A stretch of 63,364 bases of DNA, counting the filler, from Octopus bimaculoides (Eukaryota), in NCBI RefSeq assembly GCF_001194135.2. It is 5 parts of 5 records of this genome, joined end to end, with 100 filler letters (N's around TTAATTAATTAA, not from the genome) between each part and the next. Parts side by side here need not be neighbours in the genome. Positions count along the whole stretch, not along the records: positions 1 to 31,668 come from NC_069003.1; 4 more parts are not named here. One strand, 5' to 3'. Positions 11,466-23,374 of the stretch are shown here, one piece after another. Below the pieces are notes generated by a model. That model was not told where the DNA came from. It saw only the letters and a list, made by a program, of their open reading frames with translations, and made no database searches. The first letter of the stretch is position 1. Each line of letters opens with the position of its first letter. Position numbers and translations under genes: made by a program.

Positions 11466-12139
11466 CAACAGCACACTAAGTTCATGAACTGGCTGTTCCG
11501 CTGATCAGATCAACTGAAACCCTTCTCATAAACGACAGAGTGTCAGGCCATACGGGGTCCATTTTATCACGGTAGTACCACAAGAGAGACTATCATTTCC
11601 TCATCAAGCCTAAAAGGTCTCCAACAAAACCAAAAGGTCCCTAATAAAACTGAAAAGCCCCTGACAACACGAAGAGGCCTTCAACAAGTTATCTTGACCC
11701 TTTGTGATCTCTGCTCATTTGTCAACAGCTTTGCAGAGTGTATTATTGATTAAATCAATCCCAGTGCTTCACTGCTACTTTATTTTATCAGCAACAGTGT
11801 ACAGCAACATCCACAATGGTAGAATCTGCTCTGTTGTTTGCTTTTTCGCTTCTCTCCATCTGTTTTCTCTCCTTATTCCTTTCTATAGAAGAGTGTAAGC
11901 TTGAAACATCAAAGACTCTTCCATTTTACTTGAGCATCAAAACAATAAACCTTTCTTTGTTGTTCTCTCATCTGTTTCTGTCTTTTGAGGGGTTTCTTTT
12001 TTTTTTTCAATTTTGAATCGTTTATTTTATCAATACCAGAAGAATGAAAATCAAAGTGGACCCAAGTAGGATTTTAACTAAATAAACACAAGGCATTTTG
12101 TTTGACAAGTTTGCTTATCCACTGCTCTACTGCAACTCT

Positions 12140-12560
12140 CATCATCATCATCATCATCATCATCTTCATTTAACATCCGTTTTCCATGCTGGCATGGGTT
12201 GGACAGTTTGACAGGAACTGGCTAACTAGAGGACTGCACCAGGCTCCATTTTGGAATGGTTTCTATAGCTGGATGCCCTTCACAACACCAACCACTTCAC
12301 AGATGGAATTGGGTGCTTTTTACAAAGTACCATCCAGGTTTTTTTTTTATGTGGCAAGTCACAGTACAACACCAAGCCCCATTTGTCTGTTTTGGCATGG
12401 TCTTTATAGCTGGATGCCCTTCATAATGACAACTACTTTACAAAGTAGACTGGATGCTTTTTACATGGCGCCAGCATAAGTACGTTTCCATGGCATCAGC
12501 AGAGGCACTAACCTACATGGCACTAGCTGGGTGTTTATATGTGGGGGGCCAACATGGGTG
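12140..12560 (-). mobile_element. RTE-derived family D 3' end
   Basis: (CAT)n then ttaacatccgttttccatgctggcatgggttggacagtttgac and repeated tatagctggatgccctt; reverse complement of the 5300-5552 type tail. Confidence 0.75.
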
Positions 12561-13137
12561 CTTTTTATGTGACGCCGCTATCCTACTAAAAGCAGATCTA
12601 CAAAATCTATAAGTACCAAAGTAATCAGAAATACTATATTTAGCAAGACCAAAATTACATAACCAGTTGGTACAGACTGACTTTTATCGAGGACAGCATG
12701 GATAAAACACCAACAACAACAATAGTGAATATATTTTTATAAAGCCAAAACACAGATAAGACCAAAGTTTATGTTCCGTCTCATTCAAACTCTATCTGTT
12801 TAGATATAGTTTTAAAACTATATTTAAAACAAGTTTATGGAAAAACAACAGCCATATTCATTATCAAAAAGAAATGCTTTATCATTCATTTGTTTTAGCT
12901 CTGAATTTGTTGTTGTTGTTGTATTTGTTTTTTTTTGTTTTTTTAATTGATATGTGTTATATTTTGTTCTGTGTATTTTGATTTTCTTGTTTTAGAGATT
13001 AGTCAGACGAGGAAGGGCCATATCCATGAGCTTCGTTAGAACTCTGAGATTGGGGGTAGGTGGAGTGGGGGAGAAAGAGACAAGGTCCAAAAATCCTGCA
13101 ACAAAGAGGACTTTGCAAAAGGCACCCAAGAACCTGG

Positions 13138-13318
13138 TGTGGTGGCGGTGGTGGTGGCGGTGGCGGTGGTGTTAGTGATGGTAGTGATGGCTGTGATAGT
13201 GACGGTGGTGGTGATGGTTGTGGTAATGGAGGTGGTGGCGGTGGCAGTAGGGGTGGTGATGGTGGTAGTGGTGGTTGTGGTAATGGAGGTGGTGGCGGTG
13301 GCAGTAGGGGTGGTGATG
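13138..13318. repeat. GGT/GGC/GAT trinucleotide low-complexity repeat running into a gap
   Basis: Directly visible; includes a ~42-bp higher-order duplication (gttgtggtaatggaggtggtggcggtggcagtagggGtggtgatgg). Confidence 0.9.
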
Positions 13319-14056
13319 NNNNNNNNNNNNNNNNNNNNNNNNNNNNNNNNNNNNNNNNNNNNNNNNNNNNNNNNNNNNNNNNNNNNNNNNNNNNNNNNNN
13401 NNNNNNNNNNNNNNNNNNNNNNNNNNNNNNNNNNNNNNNNNNNNNNNNNNNNNNNNNNNNNNNNNNNNNNNNNNNNNNNNNNNNNNNNNNNNNNNNNNNN
13501 NNNNNNNNNNNNNNNNNNNNNNNNNNNNNNNNNNNNNNNNNNNNNNNNNNNNNNNNNNNNNNNNNNNNNNNNNNNNNNNNNNNNNNNNNNNNNNNNNNNN
13601 NNNNNNNNNNNNNNNNNNNNNNNNNNNNNNNNNNNNNNNNNNNNNNNNNNNNNNNNNNNNNNNNNNNNNNNNNNNNNNNNNNNNNNNNNNNNNNNNNNNN
13701 NNNNNNNNNNNNNNNNNNNNNNNNNNNNNNNNNNNNNNNNNNNNNNNNNNNNNNNNNNNNNNNNNNNNNNNNNNNNNNNNNNNNNNNNNNNNNNNNNNNN
13801 NNNNNNNNNNNNNNNNNNNNNNNNNNNNNNNNNNNNNNNNNNNNNNNNNNNNNNNNNNNNNNNNNNNNNNNNNNNNNNNNNNNNNNNNNNNNNNNNNNNN
13901 NNNNNNNNNNNNNNNNNNNNNNNNNNNNNNNNNNNNNNNNNNNNNNNNNNNNNNNNNNNNNNNNNNNNNNNNNNNNNNNNNNNNNNNNNNNNNNNNNNNN
14001 NNNNNNNNNNNNNNNNNNNNGTTCCCGTTCATCGGACAGCTTTGTTAGAAACAAAA

Positions 14057-14094
14057 CTGTCCGATGAACGGGAACGTGAAACTCAGAGTAACGG
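14057..14094 (+). ncRNA. Minimal type-I hammerhead motif with U4C core variant
   Basis: CTGT-CCGATGA-ACG GGAA CGT-GAAA-CTC A GAG-TA-ACGG: stem I CTGT/ACGG, stem II ACG/CGT, stem III ACTC/GAGT, GUA cleavage triplet. Confidence 0.65.
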
Positions 14095-14224
14095 TTTTTT
14101 TGTTATATTTCTGCTGCTTTTAAATAAAGTATATATATATATATATATATATCACTTCCTTCGCTGATACATCCCACTCACTCAGTAGAAGAGTCTTATC
14201 TTGTGAGTACTTGGTAACCCCACT

Positions 14225-14470
14225 TGTGCCGGTGCCACATAAAACACACCACCCAGTAGACTCTGCAAAATCGTTAGCCTTAGGAAGAACACCCGGCTGT
14301 AGAGACCTTACCAAAGCAGACATTAGAGCTCAGTGCTGCCCTCTGGCTCATTGGCTCCTGTTGCACCATCCCACTGATGCCAGGGTGGAATAAAAGATAT
14401 TGATGATGGCAGCTGTAATGATGAGGATAACACTGGCAACAGTGATGATGATGATGATGATGATGGTTAT
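14225..14470 (+). mobile_element. RTE-derived family D tail (degenerate)
   Basis: gccacataaaacacaccaccc..ttaggaagaacacccggctgtagagacctta..cccactgatgccagggtggaa..(gat)n. Confidence 0.55.
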
Positions 14471-14617
14471 GAGATTCTATTTTATTTTATCACCCTCCAG
14501 AAAGATGAAAAACAAAGTTGATCACAGCAAGATTTGAACTCGGAACATAAGACACCCCAAGGCATTTCGTCTGTCTGACAATCCTAACCATTCCGCCAGA
14601 AGAAGACGTATTATTCT

Positions 14618-14987
14618 TTTATTTCTTTCAGTCATTTGACTGCAGCCATGCTGGAGCACCACCTTTAGTCGGATCAAATTGACCCCAGAACTTATTCTTT
14701 GTAAGCGTAGTATTTATTCTATCGGTCTCTCTTGCCGAACCACTAAGTGACAGGTACGTAAACACACCAGAATCGGTTGCCAAGTGATGTTGGGAGGGAC
14801 AAACGCAGACACACAAACATACACATACATATATATATATACGACAGGCTTCTTTCAGTTTCCGTCTACCAAATCCACTCACAAGGCTTTGGTCGGCCCA
14901 AGGCTATAGGAGAAGACACTTTCCCAAGGTGCCACGCAGTGGGACTGAACCCGGAACCGTGTGGTCGGTAAGCAAGCTATTTACCAC
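14618..14987 (-). mobile_element. SINE family A, near full length and well conserved
   Basis: Near-exact reverse complement of the family A consensus. Confidence 0.88.
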
Positions 14988-15888
14988 AGAAAAAAAAAAA
15001 ATTAAATGCGAATATTCTTTTATATCTTTGCGGCAGGAAAGATGTTACCGAAACAACAACAACAACAACAACAAAAAAAGATAGAAAAAAACGAAAAAGA
15101 ACATTAAAAACAAAATGGTCTTTAAATAACGATGACACTGTTGAAATTACCCCAATTAAAATTAAACACTTGAAAAACAATGAGAGCAACAACTGAATAG
15201 CTTTATCTAGAAGTGACCACCTCTCTGGAAATGTGTCAATTTCATATTCAAGTGCCTCATATTTAAGTACGATGAGAAAGTACTCCATACAGTCGCTCTC
15301 TGTCTATCTCTCTGTTTCTCTGTCTATCTCTCCCTCTTTCCATTTTTAACTAAATGACCATCACCACAACTATAGCCACAGCCACTCCAACCTGCTCTTC
15401 ATCATGAAAAAAAAAACAAAATAAAAAACTACCAATCCTGTGATTACTAAGACTGCATCTGCATCAGCATCATCATCATCATCATCACCGTCATCAGTAG
15501 AAAAGATGGCATCGACAATACCGCTACCTCCAACATTAGTGCCACTGCTCCTGTCATTATCCTTGTCACCACCACCACCACTAACAGCAGTGCCTACATT
15601 ATCAGCACCACCACCATCATCACCACCACTAATGCTACCACTACCACCACCGCCGCCGCCATTGTCACTAACAGCAGTGCTGACATTGTCACCACCACCA
15701 CCACCACTACCACCACCATCATGTATTCCAATGAAGCTACATAAGGCGTGTATTTTTTAAGACACAGTGTGTAAAAAAGTAATTTTCTCCTTCAGTTAGT
15801 GTTACTGACCAAATATGGTCATGTCTCCAACAGAAGGGAGAGGTGAGGGGGCAAAATAAAAACGCACAATCAAAATGATTTCATCAGG

Positions 15889-15996
<108 letters not shown>

Positions 15997-16059
15997 CACA
16001 TACATATACATACACACATATATGTACGTATGTATATATATACTCTTTTATTCTTTTAT

Positions 16060-16320
16060 TCATTTCAGGCATTTGACAGTGCCCATGCTGGAGCACCACC
16101 GTGAAGGATTTCGATGGAGAGACTATAAACACACATGCACAAATATAAACATACATATATATGATGGGCTTCTTTCAGTTTCCATCTACCAAATCCACTC
16201 ACAAGGCTTTGGTCAGCTCAAGGCTATAGTTAAAGACTCTTGCCCAAGGTGCCACAGAGTGGGACTGAAGCTGGAACCATGTGGTTAGTAAGCAAGCTAT
16301 TTACTACACAGCCACTCCTA
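16060..16320 (-). mobile_element. SINE family A with internal deletion
   Basis: Tail gacagtgcccatgctggagcacc and head gaaccatgtggttagtaagcaagc in reverse orientation. Confidence 0.75.
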
Positions 16321-17053
16321 CATACATAATATATATATCTATATATATATAAGTCATCTCTGAAATAAAGACCATTAAGCTGATACTATTTTGCACAGGA
16401 TATAAAGATGGTATAGTTTCATCTATGGACAACTGATAATAAATATGTATAGTATGTATGTATGTAGAAGCAAATCCCAAAACAAATGAAAAGAAAAGAG
16501 GAAAAAAGAACAAAAGTCAATTGGATGTACAGAGTGAATATATTAAATTGACAGTCAGAGAAAGTTCTAGATGGAAAACAAGGAGTGGAAATGACATTTC
16601 AAGCATGACTCTTTGTCGGAAAGAGGAAAAGTAGGAAAGAACAGATAGTCCAGAAAAAAGCATGTGTCATTATAGATATGTATATATATCTATATATATG
16701 TGTGTGTGTGTGTGTGTATGTATATATGTATATATATATATATATATANNNNNNNNNNNNNNNNNNNNNNNNNNNNNNNNNNNNNNNNNNNNNNNNNNNN
16801 NNNNNNNNNNNNNNNNNNNNNNNNNNNNNNNNNNNNNNNNNNNNNNNNNNNNNNNNNNNNNNNNNNNNGTAAATGTCGAACAACAAGAATGAGTGCTTAA
16901 CACTGCATTGGTGGATAAAATTTCTTTATTTGTGTATTAAAGCTACCGTTGGTTTCATGTTCAGAAAAATATCTTAATATCCGAACAATTTTTCAAGTCG
17001 GTCACATGGAGGAATGGTGTCCGTCTCCATTTATGGATGAAAACACAAAATGG

Positions 17054-17096
<43 letters not shown>

Positions 17097-17274
17097 TATT
17101 TACAATGTCTTTCAGTTTCCTGCCACTAAATCCCCTCACAAGGCTTCGGTGGGTACAAAACACTTGCCCAAGGTGCTATGCTGTTGAACTGAACCTGAAA
17201 CCACATGGTTGGGAATCAAACTTCTTAACGACACAACAAAGCACATGCACACTACAGGTGCTCTAACTGCAAAC

Positions 17275-17520
17275 TACTTCAGTGCATCTACTACATGTGA
17301 TGACTTTCTTCTCCCTCAACCTTTCTGTGATCCCACTACAATGTTTAACTAGCCATAATTTGCACTACATACCCCACGGATCATGCTTACCTGCCTACTC
17401 TTGTTCTGTGTATTGAGTATGCCCATTTCTAAAATGGTAGCAAAATGTTCTCTTCTTTCTTACCAATTAAATCTTTTGTTTTCCAAAGCTTAAACTTCTT
17501 CGAGGCCTCGCAATGCAAGG
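17275..17520 (-). mobile_element. RTE LINE RT fragment with Cys-rich insertion (degenerate)
   Basis: Minus strand, with frameshifts: KKFKLWK...KWAYSIHRTRVGR...CKLWLVKHCSGITERLREKKVITCSRC, matching the KWPC..C.KGVG.NS..C..C..W.HK.CSGI.GRL..F.C.RC segment of RTE RTs. Confidence 0.6.
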
Positions 17521-17819
17521 ATTTCTTTTACATTCTATAGGCACACGCACAGCTGTGCAATTAAGAAGTCCAGTTCATATTTACGAAACCTGAGTATTCA
17601 TATCTTCAATATCATTGATGACCTGGTACTTTAACTGTAAGTAGAGGATTAATGGATTTGTCTAATATGTACAGGAATTTTAATGATGGTAGCACAAGAA
17701 ATATGAGAATGGTTCTGGGAATAATTGCTCAAATTGTTTCAATTCTTCAGCTTTCAGTAATTATGAGACAAGCAAATTTATTGGCTAGTATTAGAATTGT
17801 AATATATACTATTAGTAAG

Positions 17820-18222
17820 GCTGACAGGAGCATTACCACGACGGGTGAAATGCTTAGTGGCATTTCGTCTGTCTTTACATTCTGAGTTCAAATTCCGCCA
17901 AGGTCGACTTTGCCTTTCATCCTTTCGGGGTCAATAAATTAAGTACCAGTTGCGTACTGGAGTCGATCTAATTGACTGGTCCCCTCCATAAAAATTTCAG
18001 GCCTTGTGCCTAGAGTAGAAAAGAATATATATTACGAGTAAGGCGGCAAACCGCTTAGCGACATTTCATCCATTTTTATGCTCCGGGTTTAAAATCTGCC
18101 AAAGTCAACATTACCTTTCATCCCTCTTAGGGTAAAAAAAGTACCAGTTGAACACTGGGGTCAACATAATTGACTTAATTCCTCCCTGAAATTACTGGCT
18201 TTGTGCCAAAGTTTGAAACCAA
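17820..18222 (+). mobile_element. Two adjacent SINE family B copies
   Basis: Both show gaaatgcttagtggcatttcg / gagttcaaattccgcc / gtcgactttgcctttcatcctttcggggtc / aagtaccagt; head to tail. Confidence 0.8.
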
Positions 18223-18224
18223 TA

Positions 18225-18831
18225 TACACAGGGAGCGGCAGAATTAACGACCTTTTTTATTTAGTAATTTTTATCGCACAAAAATTATTTTCTTCAGTAA
18301 CTTTTATTACATAAAAATTTATTACAGGAGTTAAAGACACGATAAAAAAAAACAATTAATGAAAATAAATTGCAGTCGTTTTATGAAGTTTATAAAGTAT
18401 TATTGTTCCATCAAAACAACGTAATCCATTATGATGAAAAATTTAATTAACCTGTTCAAAAGGCTCCCCTTCTTTTTAGTACAATGCTGGACCCTACCGG
18501 CAACACGTCTACAAACCTTTTGACACATTTTCCTGTTAATTGTAAAAAAATTTATCAGCAACTGCTTGTTTTAATTCAGGAATTGTTTTCGGTTTCAGGA
18601 AATAAACAAGATTTTTCAATCCACCCCACAAGATAACGTTAGGTGGTGTTAGGTCTGGTGATCGTGGGGGCCACTCAATTGCTCCACGTTGTCCTCTACA
18701 CCTCTCCTCAAAATTAAGATTTAAACCATTCCTGAATGTTTAACCCACAGCGAGGTCATGCACCATCCTGTACAAAGTAGAAAACTATAAAAAAAATACA
18801 AATAAGGGCATTATTTCTGCCACACCCTGTA
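18225..18831 (-). mobile_element. Internally deleted Tc1/mariner element, DD41D (rosa/Visitor-like)
   Basis: TA-flanked imperfect TIRs (CAGGGAGCGGCAGAATTAA left; CAGGGTGTGGCAGAAATAA right, reverse complement). Minus strand 18776-18450 encodes FVQDGA*P...RGQRGAIEWPPRSPDLTPPNVILWGGLKNLVY..KPKTIPELKQA. Confidence 0.85.
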
Positions 18832-18867
18832 TATTTCTAGTGTTAAAATAATAGTAATAAAAAATAA

Positions 18868-19320
18868 AGGCAATGAGCTGGCAGAATCGTTAGCACGCCG
18901 GGCGAAATGCTTAGCGGTATTTCGTCTGCCGCTACATTCTGAGTTCAAATTCCGCTGAGGTCGACTTTGCCTTTCATCCTTTCAGGGTCGATTAAATAAG
19001 TACCAGTTACGCACTGGGGTCGATATAATCGACTTAATCCGTTTGTCTGTCCTTGTTTGTCCCCTCTGTGTGTAGCCCCTTGTGGGCAGTAAAGAAATAA
19101 GAAACGTTAGCACGCCGGGCGAAATGCTTAGCGGTATTTCGTCTGCCGTTACGTTCTGAGGTCAAATTCTGCCGAGGTCGACTTTGCCTTTCATCCTTTC
19201 GGGGTCGATTAAATGAGTACCAGTTATGCACTGGGGTCGATATAATCGACTTAATCTGTTTGTCTGTCCTTGTTTGTCTCCTCTGTGTGTAGCCCCTTGT
19301 GGGCAGTAATGAAATAAGAA
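18868..19320 (+). mobile_element. Tandem dimer of SINE family B
   Basis: About 220-bp unit gttagcacgccgggcgaaatgcttagcggtatttcg..tagccccttgtgggcagtaa..gaaataagaa repeated twice with high identity. Confidence 0.9.
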
Positions 19321-21424
19321 AAAATAAAGAGGTAATAATGGAAAAAAATTAATTGTTCTGTACATGGAGAATTTGCATATTGGAATCCTATTTGTCCTCA
19401 TGGGGCTTCCCAGCTATGTGATTTTGGCTTCTTGTGCTCCTACATGGCAGCTTGGGCAAGTGTTTTCTCCTATAGCCCTGCGCAAACAGAAGCCTTGTGA
19501 GTGGATCTGGTAGATGGAAACTGAAACAAGTCTATAATAGATCTCTGTGAGTGTGTGTGTGTTGTCTCTGGGTGTTTCCTCCCCTTAACATTGTACAATG
19601 GTTACAAATAAATGTGGCCATCACACAAGAGGTTTCATTCATTTCCAATATTCTGTAGAGACATGTCCATAGTGAAGCATTACTTAGCTTGAAAACAAGG
19701 ATTGGCAACAGCAACAGCACAAATATGCACACACAGCTTTTGTATCCTGTTGTAACACGATATCTTCTCTACAGCAAGAAACCTGTTCAGTTCTGCCCCC
19801 ACCACCTTTTTTCATCTCCAAACAAATAAACCCACTTTCCTCTACTCTAGCCAGAGCCGGATTAAGACCTATAGAGACCACAGGCACTAAAATATTTTGG
19901 TGCCCCCGTATATATGCAATCCAAAACATAAACAATTAAAACCACAACATAGATTATTTTTCAAAATGAAACAAAATTAACAACAAAATGGCAAATAATA
20001 AAGATTGTTTGCCAACATAACATGGCAGTCCTGGTTTAGGACTAATGTTGCTGCAATTTAGCCCCAGGAGACATCGTCACCAGCTGGCTATACAACACGA
20101 TCTGTGTCCTTATATTTTCAAACAAGGGAATCTAGCACCCCCACTCAGCTCAAAACAATATCTGTGTATCGCAATTTCTAGGTTATTTCCCTGCCATGTT
20201 ATGTCAGCAAACAATTTTTACTACAAAGCACTGTTGCTGAATATCTCACATTGTGAGATTTAAAAATAGTAATTTTCTAATTTATAAAATGGCAAATAAT
20301 GTTTATTTTATGCACTTCCATTTTGTTTTTATTTGAAGAGTTTATATAAATAAACTCCTACTTTTTTTTCTTCATTGCAAAGTCTTTAATGAGATCCTCA
20401 AAACTTATCTTACATAACACATCTGATTCTATACTTAAAAGAGATAAGGCATTCAGAATATCATTTTAGCAAGTTTAAAGTGATTTCTTTTGTGCTGTAA
20501 ACCATTTACCATTTCTGTGGTACGTCCCTTCTCTTGATGCCCAAAGTATGTGCTTATTTGGCTTAATGGTTAATCCAGCACTGACTGTAGTCCCACTCAG
20601 ATAAAGGGGATCTTGTTCATGCAAGCAGCATGGTGCCTTCATGCTGGGGCCATGAAACACAGACCCAGTAAACTCCGTAAAACTTTTGGCATTAGGAAAG
20701 GCAGCCAGCTGTGGGAGCCATGCCCAAGGTGAACACTGGAGTGTAATGCTGCCCTTGGACCCAATATGGAAGATGAATTATTAAAAGATGACAAAATGGC
20801 TTTTTATTTGTATTTATTATCACAAGTACACTGGACAATGAAGCAAGCAACAGTTATGCCTAAAAGAAAAGGAAAACCAGGAGTGCTGGAGACTTTTCTA
20901 AGAAATAAAAAAAGGGATGTGGGAGGGGAGAAAGTTACACCCACCTTCCAGCTCTCACCACTTAGGATTACAGGAGAGATTTGTCAAACATTACAAAGAA
21001 CCTTCATTTGATATTTCTAGAACGAACATACATACACAATCATGCACACACACACACACACATACAAGTGTATTAAATACACACATGTACATACATTACA
21101 TGAATGGAAGTACGTTCACATCTACGTGGAAGCACAAATTAATTCATATATTCACAAACCACAAGTATTGTCTTGACTCGAACAAAGAACTCTTGTTACT
21201 TTATTAATGACTGGCCTCGACTATGCAAAGAACTGAAAACAACAAAGTCACATAAATATCAACACTACCATCATCTAGTGTCCACTTTCCATGCTGGCAT
21301 GGGTCGGACAGTTTGACAGCAAACCGGCAAGTTATAGGGCTCGGTTTCTACAGCCCTTCCTTACACCAAGTAAGTTGCGTGCGTGCGTGTGTGTGTGTGT
21401 GTGTGTTGGTGCTGACATGGTTGT

Positions 21425-21865
21425 GGGTTGTGTGGTTAAAAAGCTCATTTTTTAACCACATCGTTTTGGGTTGAATCCCCACTTCGTGGCACCTTGGGCG
21501 AGTGTCTTCTACATATGACTTCGGATCAACCAATGCCTTGTGAATGAAACTGGTTGACGGAAAGTGCATGGAAACCTGCCAAATATACGCGTGTGTGTGT
21601 GTGTGAGTGCATGTACGTATGTACTTTTGTGCTGGTGTTTGTCTCTCGGCAGCCATTGCTTGAAAACCATTGTTGATTTGCTTATGTCTTCCTTAACTAA
21701 TTGGTTTGGCAAAAACAACCACCAACAGAATAAAAACAGGACTTCAAAAAAAATAATAAAGAGAGAGTGCTGGGGCCGATTTGTTCGAAAAAAAAAACTT
21801 TTCGAGGCAGTGCTCCAGCATGGCCACAGTCTAATGACTAATAATTGAAACAAAGTAAAAGATAT
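21425..21865 (+). mobile_element. SINE family A (diverged)
   Basis: gtggcaccttgggcgagtgtcttc.. to ..gtgctccagcatggccacagtctaatgac..gaaacaaagtaaaaga. Confidence 0.75.
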
Positions 21866-21995
21866 ACCCAATTCTTTCCGTTTACCAAACACAGACACAC
21901 AGGGTTTTACAACTCGTACAAACCGAAGATTAATTAGAAAGATTCAATGTAAATGACGACATATAACAATCAGCAAGTGTTTATCAACAAAGAAA

Positions 21996-22030
<35 letters not shown>

Positions 22031-23221
22031 CCCACCTTCAGCCAAACATCATTAAAAAAAAACCGACGGTGGCTGTGTCTCAAAACAGTTGCAAATTGGA
22101 CAGTGGCTTTGTATGCGTTGGCTGACAGACCTACTTAACCTTTCGTGTTTGATGTTCGGTGAGTGGAACCGACAGAGAGTGGAGGGCGCCTTCTTCTGAC
22201 AAAGACACACACATACATAGATTCGCGTGTGTGTGTGTGTGTTGTTTTATATTGCTGGTGTTGTGCTTAAATGCTAACTTGGCGATCGATCGATATAATA
22301 AATGCCAGACTTGGGAATATGTATCGGGGTCGATGAGATCGACTCTAAAACCCTTAAGGCGGTGACCTAGAATAGTTGTGTAGCAGCAAGTTCAATGACC
22401 GAAAATTCTGTGTGTGTGTGTGTGTGCGCGCGCGCGCGCACACATATATATATTCATATACACATATATTATACACACACACACACATACTTATATAACA
22501 GGTATACACAGACTTATACATGCAGCTGTATCTAGATATTTACATACACGTAACCTCAATAGTCAGTGACATTTCTCAAGATTTCTCAATACACACACGT
22601 ATATACACATAATATATACATATATATACACACACATACATAGTTATATGTATAGATATACATAGTTGTATATGCATACACACATGCAGTCAGATATATA
22701 CACAGGTACATATTCATGCATTCCAATATATGTGAAGATAGACAGACAGGCAAAGATAGATAGATAGATAGAGACAGACAGACAGACTCATGTAGGTAAC
22801 ATGTAGGTGATATTTACCAAAACACACACACAAACAATTACAGAATCACACCCATTTTTACTGATACACAAACTCATTGGCACAAATTATTTCTTTTCAA
22901 TAAACAAGCTCCAATACACAATAGGTGCGTACGCGGGTCTGGTATATACGTACGTATGAAATACGAATGCATGTATGTATGTATGTATGTATGTATGTAA
23001 GGTGACTGTTATATAACGTGAATGCATGTAGGTATCTTTTTAGCTTTAATTTGGTTCGGTCGTTAGGCTGCGGCAATACTGGAGCACAACACTGAATAAT
23101 TTTAGTCGAACGAATCGGACACGGTTTCTCTTTTGCCGAGCCGCTAAGTTACAGGGGCGTGAACATACCAACACCTGTTGTCAAGCGGACAAACACACAC
23201 ACACATGTATGTATGTATGTA

Positions 23222-23299
<78 letters not shown>

Positions 23300-23374
23300 C
23301 GAAAATGAATTATGAGAAATATAGAACATAGACATACAGGAATATCAAAAACCATATATGTGTGTATTTGTGTA

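Noticed and set aside
13051-13075. G-rich runs that could form G-quadruplexes (also about 47770 and 49470)
   Set aside because: Fewer than four clean G3 tracts; one lies inside a SINE.
12999-14167. Long proline-, glycine- or valine-rich ORFs on both strands (formin/extensin-like)
   Set aside because: Built from a GGT-type simple repeat plus about 700 Ns; no domain signature.
20766-21011. 81-aa ATG ORF MEDELLKDDK..
   Set aside because: No recognisable domain or splice context; flanked by decayed repeat fragments.
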